The notes: generated by a model not told the origin, from the letters alone. A stretch of DNA of 64,000 nucleotides from an uncultured bacterium (GCA_963726455.1 CAVSCK010000005.1:576001-640000); one strand, 5' to 3'; counted from the stretch's first letter, positions 29,982 through 40,543 are shown. Numbers and translations are program-made.

Positions 29982-30818
29982 TCACTCGACGTGTTTTTCC
30001 GGTTTGACTTCAAGACGTTGCGGTGCTTGATCAAGGTCCCGTTTTCTTAATTGCTTTACATATTCGATTTCGCGCAACGTGCGATTGCGGCGCAGGCGAC
30101 GGTGATTGTCAAGTTTTGTCCGGATATCCTGCCCCGATATCGGAACCCGTATGACGCCATCGGCTCCGGCGGCGACCAGCATCTCCTCCAACGCGAGAGT
30201 CGGATATTTTTCCAGAAAGAAGACCGGTACATGTGGGCAGGCCGATTTTACTTTCAGTAGCAGGTTCATTCCCGAGGTACCCGGGAGTTCGCGCTCAGTA
30301 ATAAATACATCAATACGATGCGTCTCAAGAAATAACGGAAGCGCTGCCGGCGATTCCACGATTGCAGTCTTGTATCCTTCACGTGTCAATGACGCCGCCA
30401 GTGCTTCGGCCTGCAGCGTCGTAGAGAGCGCGATGGCAACCATCCCTTTGCCGGATTCCAGCACCGTCTGCACGCGATTCAGAAGATTCTCGCGATTGTA
30501 CGGCTTTATGATGTAATCGCGGGCGCCGAGAAATATTCCCTGGGTGACCGACTGAACGTCGGCGCAGCCGGTGCAGAAGACAAGTGGGACATTGGCAAAG
30601 CGAAGATTGCTCGACATGAACTTGAGAAGCTCGAAACCATCCTCCCCTGGCATTTTGATATCGCAGAGAATGAGAGTGATATCGACGCCCCGTTGGAAGA
30701 CGTCAATTGCGCCTCTGACCGACGTAGCGGTCACAACCTTGAAGCCGTCGCTCGATAGCAGCCGTTCGGCTGACGTCAGCTCGGTGGTTTCATCGTCAAC
30801 AACCAGTATTGTCATCAT
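29982..30818 (-). CDS. Response regulator with two receiver domains (second degenerate)
   Basis: ILVVDDE...ILCDIKMPGEDG...GARDYIIKP; second REC has ITERELPGTSG...GADGVIRVP. Confidence 0.85.
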   Translation of the reverse strand: MMTILVVDDETTELTSAERLLSSDGFKVVTATSVRGAIDVFQRGVDITLILCDIKMPGEDGFELLKFMSSNLRFANVPLVFCTGCADVQSVTQGIFLGARDYIIKPYNRENLLNRVQTVLESGKGMVAIALSTTLQAEALAASLTREGYKTAIVESPAALPLFLETHRIDVFITERELPGTSGMNLLLKVKSACPHVPVFFLEKYPTLALEEMLVAAGADGVIRVPISGQDIRTKLDNHRRLRRNRTLREIEYVKQLRKRDLDQAPQRLEVKPEKHVE

Positions 30819-31151
30819 AATTTCCGCGACAGCAGCCGGTTGCGAGGAACTGCGTAGTCAACGTAGACTGGCGTCCGATTGCAGCAACCCCGGTACTGTC
30901 TTAGTGATCCTCTGATACAGGATGTGATTTATGGCACGGTTGCTGCGTTTGTCTATGTCGCAGACATCGAGACCCAACCCTGCTATGGCTTATGTATCGG
31001 AAGAGTCACTGACAGAACTTGTCAGTGGAAAACGCGGTTTTGGAAAAGATCCGAATTCTTTGCCTGCCGGCGTGTTTCAAAACGACGAGATCTGGGCGGA
31101 AATTGTTCCACTTAGAATCGTTTGTCCTGCCGGACAGGATGATTGCCGCGG

Positions 31152-31181
31152 TTGACAACGTGTACCGTTCCTGTATATTAT
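31152..31181 (+). promoter_or_regulatory. Sigma70-type promoter upstream of the miaB leader
   Basis: TTGACA at 31152 followed 16-18 nt later by TATATT/TATTAT. Confidence 0.6.
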
Positions 31182-31185
31182 CAGA

Positions 31186-31282
31186 CTGTCAGGAGCCCTC
31201 GGAGGCGCGGTGGGAGTATAGCAGAGTCTGATGTGGTGGAATTCGGCCGAGGGTATAACTCGACAGTGATCGGGCTCCTGAC
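31186..31282 (+). ncRNA. Candidate structured 5' leader or small RNA upstream of miaB
   Basis: Perfect 11-bp closing stem GTCAGGAGCCC/GGGCTCCTGAC starting at the expected TSS; alternative pairings also present. Confidence 0.4.
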
Positions 31283-31300
31283 CTACATAGGCGCGAGAGT

Positions 31301-32632
31301 ATGAGCGAGAAAGTCAATACCAACGGCAAACGGCAGAAGGTCTATCTTGAGACCTACGGCTGCCAGATGAACGAATACGATACCGAGATCATTCGGACGA
31401 TCCTGGAGCGCAACGATTTTGATTTTGCGGAGACTCCGGAAGATGCCGGAGTAATTCTGCTTAACACCTGCTCGGTACGGGAGAACGCGCACGAGCGGGT
31501 TCAGGCGCGTATCGCAACACTAAAGCAGCTCAAGAAGCAGAAAGCGGATTTGATCATCGGCGTGCTGGGCTGCATGGCACAGAATCTGAAGAAGTCGCTG
31601 CTCGAGGAGAACTCGGGAATCGATCTGATCGTCGGGCCGGACAACTATAAGACGTTACCGATAATGATCAACCGCGTGCACGAAACCGGCGAGAAGGAAT
31701 TCGCGCTGTCGTTGTCGGAATATGAGGATTATGCCGACGTGTTCCCCACCAACCGACAGGGCATCAATGCCTGGCTGGCGGTGATGCGCGGCTGCGACAA
31801 TTACTGCACGTTTTGTGTGGTGCCCTACGTACGCGGGCACGAGCGAAGCCGCGATCCACATAATGTAGTCGAAGAAGCGGGACAACTTGTCGCGCAGGGC
31901 TTCAAGCAAGTGACGCTGTTGGGACAGAATGTCAATTCCTACAAGTTTGACGGATTTGATTTCGCCCAGCTGGTTGCGGCGGTGAGCCGGGTCGAGGGAA
32001 TCGAACGGATCAGGTTTACGTCGCCGCATCCGAAAGACTTTCCGGAGACGTTGATTGCAGTCGTGCGCGACAATCCGAAAGCGTGCAAGCATATCCATCT
32101 GCCGCTGCAGGCGGGGAGCAGCCGGATTCTGGATTTGATGAAACGCACTTACACGCGCGAGGAATACGTGGCGCTGGCGAAACGGTTGCGCGACACGATA
32201 CCGGGATTGATATTGACGACAGATATAATTGTGGGATTTCCGACCGAGACAGATGAGGAGTATCAGGAGACTCTTGAGGTTATGCGCGAGGTGGAATTCG
32301 ATTCGGCGTTTATGTTCGCCTATTCCGAGCGCAAGGGAACTCCGGCGGCGAAATACTATCCTGATGACATTTCCGACGAAATCAAGTCGGAGCGGATGGT
32401 GAAGCTGGTCGATCAACAGCGGCAGATATCTTTCAGACGTAATCAGTCGCACCTAGGGCAGACATTCGAGGTCTTGGTCGAGGGCACGGCCAAGAAACCG
32501 ACACAGTTGATGGGGCGCAACGACGGCAACAAGATCGTTGTGTTCACCGATACCGGCGCCATGCCGGGTGAGTTTGTCCGGGTGAAAATCAACGAAGTAA
32601 CGCCGAATACGTTGATCGGAGAAGCGGTGTAA
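31301..32632 (+). CDS. miaB: tRNA (N6-isopentenyl adenosine(37)-C2)-methylthiotransferase MiaB
   Basis: TYGCQMNEYD, NTCSVRE, GCDNYCTFCVVPY radical SAM motif, FTSPHPKD, C-terminal TRAM. Confidence 0.96.
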   Translation: MSEKVNTNGKRQKVYLETYGCQMNEYDTEIIRTILERNDFDFAETPEDAGVILLNTCSVRENAHERVQARIATLKQLKKQKADLIIGVLGCMAQNLKKSLLEENSGIDLIVGPDNYKTLPIMINRVHETGEKEFALSLSEYEDYADVFPTNRQGINAWLAVMRGCDNYCTFCVVPYVRGHERSRDPHNVVEEAGQLVAQGFKQVTLLGQNVNSYKFDGFDFAQLVAAVSRVEGIERIRFTSPHPKDFPETLIAVVRDNPKACKHIHLPLQAGSSRILDLMKRTYTREEYVALAKRLRDTIPGLILTTDIIVGFPTETDEEYQETLEVMREVEFDSAFMFAYSERKGTPAAKYYPDDISDEIKSERMVKLVDQQRQISFRRNQSHLGQTFEVLVEGTAKKPTQLMGRNDGNKIVVFTDTGAMPGEFVRVKINEVTPNTLIGEAV

Positions 32633-32741
32633 GCGTAGACACCCCCCAGAAACCGTTTGACAAAAACTGTTGCTGCTCCGTTTTGGTCGTCTTTATTTAT
32701 GGACGTACCATAAATCCCAAGGGTGGAGGAAACGGAATGCA

Positions 32742-33221
32742 ATGCAGAATGAGATCATTCCCAAATCACAACTGAAGTCGTTTATCAGACGGCTGAAGGC
32801 GGCGAAGAAGAAGATCGTTTTTACCAACGGCGTGTTTGACATTTTGCACGCCGGGCATGTGGACTATCTCACGCGCGCCAGGAAACTTGGGGACGTGCTG
32901 ATCGTCGGGCTCAATACCGATGCCTCGGTGCAGATGAACAAAGGCAAGCAGCGCCCGATCGTTCCCTACAAATATCGCGCCAAGATGCTGGTGGCTTTAC
33001 GGGCGGTTGATTATGTCGTGCCGCTGGAAGACAAAACGCCGGAAAAGCTGATCGAATTGATCGCGCCCGATGTGCTGGTTAAAGGCGCTGACTACAAAGT
33101 TCTCGCGATAGTCGGTTCGGACTTCGTGCGGGAGCGAGGCGGAAAAGTCGTCCGGATGAAACTGGTGAAAGGTTTATCGACCAGCGGGATTGTGGAGAAA
33201 ATTCGGAAGACACCTAAGTAG
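32742..33221 (+). CDS. rfaE2: D-glycero-beta-D-manno-heptose 1-phosphate adenylyltransferase
   Basis: VFTNGVFDILHAGHVDYL...GLNTDASV..KG..RP, PDVLVKGADY, GLSTS. Confidence 0.93.
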   Translation: MQNEIIPKSQLKSFIRRLKAAKKKIVFTNGVFDILHAGHVDYLTRARKLGDVLIVGLNTDASVQMNKGKQRPIVPYKYRAKMLVALRAVDYVVPLEDKTPEKLIELIAPDVLVKGADYKVLAIVGSDFVRERGGKVVRMKLVKGLSTSGIVEKIRKTPK

Positions 33222-33382
33222 CCCCTGAAAACAGTCATTTCGCCTGGAAAGGTCGCGTCACCCCACTTGCCCCCAACCCCCTCCCATGGCGCGGAAGGGG
33301 GAGGTTCAGAATTGGAGCATCTTTAGTTGCTCGATAGAGCGGTGAGGGAGCCCCGTCCGCCCGCCCTGGTATTCTTCCACTG

Positions 33383-34087
33383 CTACCTGGCACCCACGGC
33401 CTGATGAGTCTTGGCGAAGGCGCAGGCCTGATCAACTTCAGTCTTGAATTGATCGTAATTGACCTGCAGGCCATTAATGTAGGCGCTCCAGCCGTTGGCG
33501 TCCTTGGCGACATGCATGGCGTCTTCGATCTCGGCGTCAGTGGCGCCCGCGAGCTTGGCCATCTGCGTGTGATAATACGTGCAGTAGCGACATTTCAGCG
33601 TGCCTGCGACCGCGACCCCGATCAATTCGCGGTACTTGTCAGGAACCGCACCCGGCGTCGTTCCCATGTGCTTGAACAACGCCCATTCGAGAGACAACTC
33701 ATCATCCGGCATGTAAGTGAAGAAGCTGGGAACCTCCCCAAAGGTCGCTTTCATGTCGGCATAGACCTGGTCGCGCGTCATGGTGTTTGTACCCGAGTTA
33801 TTGATATTGGCATTGCCCGACATTACGGTCGTGTAAGCCGCGCTCCACATCCTGGCGGCACCGGCCGGATCGGCCACTGCCATTTGATGGCACTTGTCGG
33901 AGCAGCAGGCGTACTGCTTGCCGTTGTAAGTGAAGTATTGAGTAGACGCGCTGGGAACGAACACCTTACCGCAACCGCAGACCGCTACGGAATTGGCCGC
34001 CTTCGGTTCGGCGGACGCCGCGGTTGTCGAGATCATGATTGCCATTAAGGCAAGCATGAGAGAAAGAATGACAGCTTTGCGAAGCAT
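33383..34087 (-). CDS. Exported carboxymuconolactone decarboxylase/AhpD-family protein with an N-terminal YHS/TRASH-like Cys domain
   Basis: Signal peptide; CGCGK...YNGKQYACCSDKC; KYRELIGVAVA..KCRYCTYYH..AKLAGATDAEIED. Confidence 0.8.
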   Translation of the reverse strand: MLRKAVILSLMLALMAIMISTTAASAEPKAANSVAVCGCGKVFVPSASTQYFTYNGKQYACCSDKCHQMAVADPAGAARMWSAAYTTVMSGNANINNSGTNTMTRDQVYADMKATFGEVPSFFTYMPDDELSLEWALFKHMGTTPGAVPDKYRELIGVAVAGTLKCRYCTYYHTQMAKLAGATDAEIEDAMHVAKDANGWSAYINGLQVNYDQFKTEVDQACAFAKTHQAVGAR

Positions 34088-34548
34088 ACATCCTCCGTGG
34101 TGGAAAGATTTTGAACGTGAACTGATCAGTATTCATAACGAAACCGACCTCTTTATTTTCATTCTCCGGCTGCTGCCGGAAAACCAACTATGTAGATCAA
34201 AATAGACTATGTTAGTACGCTGGAAGTAACATCCATTGTTTGCGGAATTGTTCGCCAAGCACTCACAGACGGCAAACTAGATTCCCCGAAAGAGCACAGG
34301 CCCGTCCGGCAAACTATGGTCGAAGGATCATGCGACCGGTTCGAAGGAGATCACAGGCAGACCGGTTGGGGTAATCGAGATTTTGTGGAGCGCCGATTTG
34401 CCTAAATTGAGAAGCGAGGTTGGGCGACGGCTCAAGCCGCCAATTGCTTTTTTCTCTTGACCTATCGTAGCAGGTTTAGGTATTGTCCCCCCGTGGCTGA
34501 CAATTCCAGGGGCTAGTAATAAGCATTTAACAAGGCAGAAGACAGGGT

Positions 34549-35634
34549 ATGATACAGCGAATAAAGAAACTCCAGGCGCTACTGGCGGCGAACAATCTTG
34601 ATTGTCTGCTGCTTCATGAGTTCGAGCAGTCAAAATCGGCACAGATTAGATACCTGTGCGGGTATACCGGCGACAACGCACTGTTGGTCGTGCTCGCCCA
34701 TGAAGCGATTTTGATCACCGACTTCCGGTACAAGACACAGATTGCCAAGGAAGTCAAGGGCACCAAGAAGATAATTGCGGCGCAGAGCTTGTTTGGCGAA
34801 CTGGCCAAGCTTAAGCACCTGACAGCCAAGAACCTGCGAATCGGCTATTTGGATGAATACTTGCCGGCAAAGATGATCGGTATGATCAAGAAGCAACTGC
34901 CGGATTGCCTGCTGGTGCCGACCACCGGACTGGTCGAATCGATTGCGATTGTCAAGGACGCCGAGGAAATTGAAGCGTTGAAAAAGGCCGTCGAGATTGC
35001 CGACGTGGCCTTTGAACGGATTCTTCAGATCATTCGTCCGGGAATTTCGGAACTCGACGTCTGCGCCGAGCTGGAGTATCAGATGAAGATGTTGGGATCG
35101 TCGGATCCGGCATTTGAAACTCTCATTAACTCCGGCTGGCGTTCCGCGATGCCTCACGGGCGCGCCTCGGCCAAGAAGATCAAGAACGGCGAGCTCGTAA
35201 CTCTTGATTTTGGAGCCGTTTACGGCGGGTATCACTCCGACATGACGCGGACAGTTTCAGTTGGAAAAGCCGATGCCAGACAAAAGAAGATCTATAACCT
35301 CGTATTAAAGGCGCAGATAGCCGGTTGCAAGAAGGCACGCGCCGGTTTGGGAGGTCCTGATGTCGATAAGGTCGCACGTGACATTATCAGTAAGGCCGGG
35401 TACGGCAAGCAGTTCGGACATGGGCTGGGGCACGGCATCGGGCTGTTGATCCACGAGGGACCGCGGCTGTCGCCGTTGTCTGCCGATATCCTCAAGCCCA
35501 ACATGGTGGTGACGGTTGAGCCGGGTATATATATTGAGGGCTGGGGTGGTGTTCGCATCGAGGATGATGTAGTCATCACCAAAAGCGGTTGTCGCATACT
35601 GAACAAGGCCGAAAAGCGGCTAATTGAGCTGTAA
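34549..35634 (+). CDS. Xaa-Pro aminopeptidase (M24B)
   Basis: TDFRY, DFGA..GYHSDMTRT, HGLGHGIGL.IHEGP, TVEPGIY, GVRIEDD. Confidence 0.95.
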   Translation: MIQRIKKLQALLAANNLDCLLLHEFEQSKSAQIRYLCGYTGDNALLVVLAHEAILITDFRYKTQIAKEVKGTKKIIAAQSLFGELAKLKHLTAKNLRIGYLDEYLPAKMIGMIKKQLPDCLLVPTTGLVESIAIVKDAEEIEALKKAVEIADVAFERILQIIRPGISELDVCAELEYQMKMLGSSDPAFETLINSGWRSAMPHGRASAKKIKNGELVTLDFGAVYGGYHSDMTRTVSVGKADARQKKIYNLVLKAQIAGCKKARAGLGGPDVDKVARDIISKAGYGKQFGHGLGHGIGLLIHEGPRLSPLSADILKPNMVVTVEPGIYIEGWGGVRIEDDVVITKSGCRILNKAEKRLIEL

Positions 35635-35694
35635 CTTTTTTAGGAAATTATTCGATAATTGGAGTAGGGTTCACAGACCCCATAAAACGAACCA

Positions 35695-36201
35695 ATGAGA
35701 GAAAAAACTATCCGGAAGCTGGTGAAATTGGTCGAAGAGGCTGAAATCGAATCATTGACCGTGCAGAGCTGGTGGACGAAAGTTCAGATCATCAAGAAGG
35801 GGAGTATGGGGAGTAACGGCAGTTCGCCGGAATCGACAATCACGATTCCACGCGGTGCCGGGAGATCGACTCTAACTCCCGCCGAGGTTGTTGCCACAGC
35901 CCCGGTTACGCAACCGGTATCACAGCCAGTCAGTGCGCCGACAGCCGGCAAATCCACGGGCGGCAAGGAAATCAAGTCGCCGATGGTGGGAACGTTCTAC
36001 ACCTCGCCCGAACCCGCAGCGCCGCCGTTTGTTGAAGTCGGCCAGCGGGTTAAGAAGGGGCAGACCGTGTGCATTATCGAAGCGATGAAGTTGATGAACG
36101 AAATCGAGTCGGAGTACGACGGTGTCGTGAAAGAACGTCTGGTGGAAAATGCCCAGCCGGTTGAATTTGGTCAGATTCTTTTCACGGTGGAGCCCTCCTA
36201 G
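35695..36201 (+). CDS. accB: Acetyl-CoA carboxylase biotin carboxyl carrier protein
   Basis: [24 protein letters not shown] biotinylation motif. Confidence 0.96.
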   Translation: MREKTIRKLVKLVEEAEIESLTVQSWWTKVQIIKKGSMGSNGSSPESTITIPRGAGRSTLTPAEVVATAPVTQPVSQPVSAPTAGKSTGGKEIKSPMVGTFYTSPEPAAPPFVEVGQRVKKGQTVCIIEAMKLMNEIESEYDGVVKERLVENAQPVEFGQILFTVEPS

Positions 36202-36239
36202 GCCATCGGGTTTCCGGGCAACTCAAGGGAGACGACAGC

Positions 36240-37358
36240 ATGAACCTGCGTGAAATGCTGGTGGAGATGCAGCGCCAGGTTGCCTCCGACCTTCACCTGC
36301 GGGTGGGGATCAAACCGAGTCTAAGAGTTCACGGCAAACTTCTTACGCTCAACACCGATCCAATCACAAAGGACGGGATGAACGAAATCATCTCACAAAT
36401 CCTGTCGCCGGAACAGCAGAAACGATTTAACGCACGCAGCGAAATGGATCTGGCCCTGTCGGTCTCCAAGCTGGGGCGTTTCCGTATCAATATGTATCGC
36501 CAGCGAGGAACATCTGGTATCGCGATTCGTGCGGTCAACACTTCGGTGCCTACATTCGAGCAGCTTAATCTGCCCGATACGATCAAGAACATCTGCGAAG
36601 CCGCTCGTGGACTGGTGATTGTCACCGGAACCACCGGTTCGGGCAAGTCGACGACGTTGGCGGCGATGATCGAGCAAATCAACTCGACGCGGTCGGAGAA
36701 TATCATGACTATCGAGGACCCGATCGAGTATATCTACAAGGACAAGAAGTCGGTGATAGCGCAACGTGAAGTCGGCGCTGACACCGAGAGTTTCGGTGCG
36801 GCCTTGCGTCACGCCTTCCGTCAGGACCCGGATGTGATTCTGATCGGAGAAATTCGGGATGCGGAAACGATGTCGATTGCGCTGGCAGCGGCTGACACGG
36901 GACATTTGGTGTTAACCACGCTGCATACGATGAACGTGATCGAAACGATTTCCCGTATTATTTCGTTCTTCCCGCCGCACCAGCATCAGCAGATCAGATT
37001 GCTGCTGGCCGGCACCTTGAAGGCGATTATCTGCCAGCGGCTGCTGCCGCGTTCGGATCAGGCGGGACGAGTTCCGGCGGTGGAAGTCATGGTGTCGACG
37101 GGTGCGATTCGCGATGCGATCGTCGACCCGATGAAGACGCCGCAGATCATTGAATTTGTCGAGTCAGGCGTGGTACAGTATGGCATGCAGTCGTTTGACC
37201 AGTCGATCATGAAGCTGTATCGGCAGGGCGTGATCTCGTACGAGGATGCCATGCGCAGCGCCACGAACCCGGACGACTTCGACCTGCGGGTCAAAGGCAT
37301 TACCGCGGCGTCCGATCAGACATGGAGTTCGATCGGGGCCACCGAAAAGAAATATTAG
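36240..37358 (+). CDS. pilT: Type IV pilus retraction ATPase PilT/PilU family
   Basis: ASDLHL, GTTGSGKSTTLAA, TIEDPIE, QREVGAD, RQDPDVILIGEIRD, GMQSFDQ. Confidence 0.9.
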   Translation: MNLREMLVEMQRQVASDLHLRVGIKPSLRVHGKLLTLNTDPITKDGMNEIISQILSPEQQKRFNARSEMDLALSVSKLGRFRINMYRQRGTSGIAIRAVNTSVPTFEQLNLPDTIKNICEAARGLVIVTGTTGSGKSTTLAAMIEQINSTRSENIMTIEDPIEYIYKDKKSVIAQREVGADTESFGAALRHAFRQDPDVILIGEIRDAETMSIALAAADTGHLVLTTLHTMNVIETISRIISFFPPHQHQQIRLLLAGTLKAIICQRLLPRSDQAGRVPAVEVMVSTGAIRDAIVDPMKTPQIIEFVESGVVQYGMQSFDQSIMKLYRQGVISYEDAMRSATNPDDFDLRVKGITAASDQTWSSIGATEKKY

Positions 37359-37595
37359 GCCCCTTGTCTTTAACCCCTCTTCCAGGTGGAGTCGGGGAAA
37401 AGATCGCCATAGGAAACCGCGGTTAACGGTGGCAAGTATCCAAGAGTCTGTTTTGGCTCTGATTCGAGAAAGGGGAGCTACCCTTTCTCGATCGGCTGAA
37501 GCCACCGCAATCAGCAAGTGATCTACTATCCCAGTCAACTTAGTCCAAGAATCTCCTTGAGCAGATGACGCCTTTTCGCTTACTTTATCCAATTT

Positions 37596-38987
37596 ATGGC
37601 TCTCGAGTTAGTTGAAAATCATTGGTCACGGTTCTGGGCCAAGCTAGAATTAACTGTTGTCGTCTGTCTGGACATAACGATCATCGCCCTTGTTGATCTG
37701 CTTGGGCCGGGACTGGCGATGACTTTCCTGGCAGGTCTGGCAGCGCTTCTGTATTCGCTCTACTCTCAAGTCGGTTTGACTCTGATGTTGATTCTGATTT
37801 CTCATGCCGGATCGCTCTACGGTGTAACGATTCCCGGGATCTACTATATCAAGTGGGGAATTACGTTGATCTTCCTGGCCGCCACTTTTAGCCGCTGGCT
37901 GGTAGGTGGACTTCGCATAGACTATCGGCCGGGAAAAGAAGAAATGATGCTATTGGTGCTGATCGGCTGGGGCGCTGTTTGCTCACTATTTGCGGTCCGT
38001 CCTGTTGATTCAGTTCTCGAGATAATTCGATATTCTCTATTGCTTCTCGTGTATGTTGTCAGCAAAGCCACAATTACCGAGAAACGTCATCTCTCCGTCC
38101 TGTTACTGGCAGTAATCGGCGTTGTTCTGGTTAATGCCTTGGTTTGTCTCGGCGAAATCGGCATCTCCGGATTTGTGCGGCAAAGGGGACTCCTCGGCAA
38201 CGCGAATTACTTTGGGATGTTCCTGATGTTTTGTCTCCCGATGTTGGCAATGGGGATATTTGCACACAAACAAAAGCAACTGAGATTGCTCTTCATGCTG
38301 GGACTTGGCATCGGGATAGTGCTCCTGCTCCTTTCTTTCTCCCGCGCTGCTTTGCTGGGCTGCGGAGTACAACTGATTACGTTTCTGATTCTGGACAAGA
38401 GGAAGAAGCTTCTAGGCATGCTGGCAGCGACAGCCATCTTGCTGGTTGCCATTGTCGCATTGTCACCGGGATTGAGCAAGCCGGCCAAGATGTTGTTGCG
38501 AGTGCAGAGTGGCACTACCCACAGGACTCTGCTTTGGGAGAAGGGTCTCGATCTCCTGTTTGAGAATCCTTTGCTGGGCACGGGATACGGCGTTCAAAAG
38601 GGAGATATCTCGGGGGGTATCAGTTGGAACGACCCCGTTAATTACTATCTCTTTGCCGCCCGGGACATTCTGTTTGTTCCGCATAACGCCTTCATTTATC
38701 AGTTCATGACCACCGGCCTGATCGGCGGTTTTCTCTATCTAATTCTCTTCTACCTGCTCCTGAAAGTGCAGTTTAGCTCATGGCGAAATGCTGGGACAGT
38801 AGAGCAAGGGCGACTACATAAGATCATGATTGCGGTTATTGTCGGTTGCATCTTTCATGGTTTCTTCGAATCGTTCAATATTCTTACGGAAGCCGGTGTG
38901 GCGATATATTTTTGGGTTTCGCTGGCGATCGTAAATTCGGCGAAAGATCGAAATCTGCTTGGTCAGGTCGACACCAGCCGGGCCTAG
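37596..38987 (+). CDS. O-antigen ligase family (Wzy_C/WaaL-like) membrane protein
   Basis: About 12 TM helices, GLLGNANYFG, SFSRAA, R..LW..G..L..ENPLLGTGYG, PHN. Confidence 0.85.
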   Translation: MALELVENHWSRFWAKLELTVVVCLDITIIALVDLLGPGLAMTFLAGLAALLYSLYSQVGLTLMLILISHAGSLYGVTIPGIYYIKWGITLIFLAATFSRWLVGGLRIDYRPGKEEMMLLVLIGWGAVCSLFAVRPVDSVLEIIRYSLLLLVYVVSKATITEKRHLSVLLLAVIGVVLVNALVCLGEIGISGFVRQRGLLGNANYFGMFLMFCLPMLAMGIFAHKQKQLRLLFMLGLGIGIVLLLLSFSRAALLGCGVQLITFLILDKRKKLLGMLAATAILLVAIVALSPGLSKPAKMLLRVQSGTTHRTLLWEKGLDLLFENPLLGTGYGVQKGDISGGISWNDPVNYYLFAARDILFVPHNAFIYQFMTTGLIGGFLYLILFYLLLKVQFSSWRNAGTVEQGRLHKIMIAVIVGCIFHGFFESFNILTEAGVAIYFWVSLAIVNSAKDRNLLGQVDTSRA

Positions 38988-39151
38988 GATGTGCATTATT
39001 CTTTTGCACGCTGATGGCCTGAGATATAGATTGCGAGGCACGCCAACGGGCTGACAGGCGTTGTCAGTATTGGATGATTAGACAGGTTGGCGCAGGGTTA
39101 CTGCGCTGGATCAGCAATCTCAGGCAAAGGCGCATTTAGTCTGGAGACAAG

Positions 39152-40531
39152 TTGTTCAAGAAGATTCTGATCGCCAATCGCGGCGAGATAGCGCTTCGTA
39201 TTATTCGCGCCTGCCGCGAACTAGGCATTCGCACGGTTGCGGTTTACTCCGAAGCTGATATTGACTCACTGCACGTCAAATTTGCCGATGAAGCGGTCTG
39301 TATCGGACCGCCCAGATCCACTGAAAGTTATCTTGATCCCAAGCGAATAATCGCGGCGGCCGAGATTACCGGCGCGGAAGCGATTCACCCCGGGTATGGC
39401 TATCTAGCTGAAAATGCCGATTTCGCCGAGATCTGCGGTTCCTGCGGACTTGTGTTTATCGGGCCGCCACCCGCGGCGATTCGAGCGATGGGCGACAAAG
39501 TAAATGCCAAACAGACCATGAGGGCTGCCGGAGTTCCGGTGATACCAGGAAGCGAAGGCGGAGTAGCTGATCCGAGCGAAGCCAAGAAGATAGTCGACGA
39601 GATCGGTTATCCAGTAATTATGAAGGCAGCGGCAGGCGGCGGTGGCCGAGGCATGAGAATTGCGCGAAATCAGGCCGAATTGGAGAGCGGTTTCAAGACC
39701 GCCCAGATGGAAGCGCAGGCGGCGTTTAACAATCCGGAAATATATATTGAGAAATACCTGGAAAATCCCCGCCATATCGAGATTCAAATCCTTGCCGACC
39801 AACATGGTAATGTTGTTCATCTTGGGGAGCGCGACTGTACGGTACAGCGTCGGCACCAGAAATTACTTGAGGAATCGCCGTCGTCAATGGTATCTCCGGA
39901 ATTGCGGGCTAGAATGGGCGCCTCAGCTGTGAAAGGCGCCAAGTCAGCGGGCTATCAGAACGTCGGCACCGTTGAGTTCCTGCTGGATCGAGACGGCAGC
40001 TACTATTTTATGGAGATGAATACCCGGGTGCAGGTGGAACATCCAGTGACCGAAGAGGTTACGGATATTGATATCATTGCGGAGATGCTGCGAATATCGG
40101 CGGGAGAGAAGCTCAATTTGACACAGGATGATATCAAAATTACCGGTTATGCGATCGAATGCCGCATAAACGCTGAGAATCCTGAGGCGAATTTTGCGCC
40201 GTCACCGGGGTTGATTACGTCATTTCATGTGCCGGGCGGACATGGTGTGAGAGTTGATACCCATGCTTATGCCAAATACGTCGTGCCGCAATATTACGAT
40301 TCGATGATTGCGAAGTTGATCGTGCATCACAAGAATCGGGCGGACGGCATTCAAAAGATGCTGCGGGCACTGGATGAATTCGTGGTTGAGGGGATCCATA
40401 CGACAATTGATTTTCACAAGAAAATATTGCGCGATCCGGTTTTTCAGTCGGGAGTATTTGACACCGGGTTCGTGGAAGATTATTTTAGGCGGACTAAGGG
40501 GGCGGTCCAGAATGTGGACAAGGTCGTATAG
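39152..40531 (+). CDS. accC: Acetyl-CoA carboxylase biotin carboxylase subunit
   Basis: [64 protein letters not shown]. Confidence 0.97.
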   Translation: MFKKILIANRGEIALRIIRACRELGIRTVAVYSEADIDSLHVKFADEAVCIGPPRSTESYLDPKRIIAAAEITGAEAIHPGYGYLAENADFAEICGSCGLVFIGPPPAAIRAMGDKVNAKQTMRAAGVPVIPGSEGGVADPSEAKKIVDEIGYPVIMKAAAGGGGRGMRIARNQAELESGFKTAQMEAQAAFNNPEIYIEKYLENPRHIEIQILADQHGNVVHLGERDCTVQRRHQKLLEESPSSMVSPELRARMGASAVKGAKSAGYQNVGTVEFLLDRDGSYYFMEMNTRVQVEHPVTEEVTDIDIIAEMLRISAGEKLNLTQDDIKITGYAIECRINAENPEANFAPSPGLITSFHVPGGHGVRVDTHAYAKYVVPQYYDSMIAKLIVHHKNRADGIQKMLRALDEFVVEGIHTTIDFHKKILRDPVFQSGVFDTGFVEDYFRRTKGAVQNVDKVV

Positions 40532-40543
40532 GTTGGAGGTATT

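Noticed and set aside
31186-31282. tRNA (including tRNA-Sec) or SRP RNA
   Set aside because: No TTCRA T-loop, no TCA anticodon arm, no CCA end and no SRP GGAA-loop/AGCAG motif; kept only as an unknown structured leader
33404-34048. Long antisense ORFs such as 33404-34048, 20258-21175, 45133-46059 and 31655-32452
   Set aside because: Shadow frames opposite well-supported genes in GC-rich DNA, with no recognisable motifs
34265-34340. c-di-GMP-I riboswitch suggested by two GGCAAAC motifs and a GAAA
   Set aside because: The following GACGCAAA-type segment and the expected stems are not present
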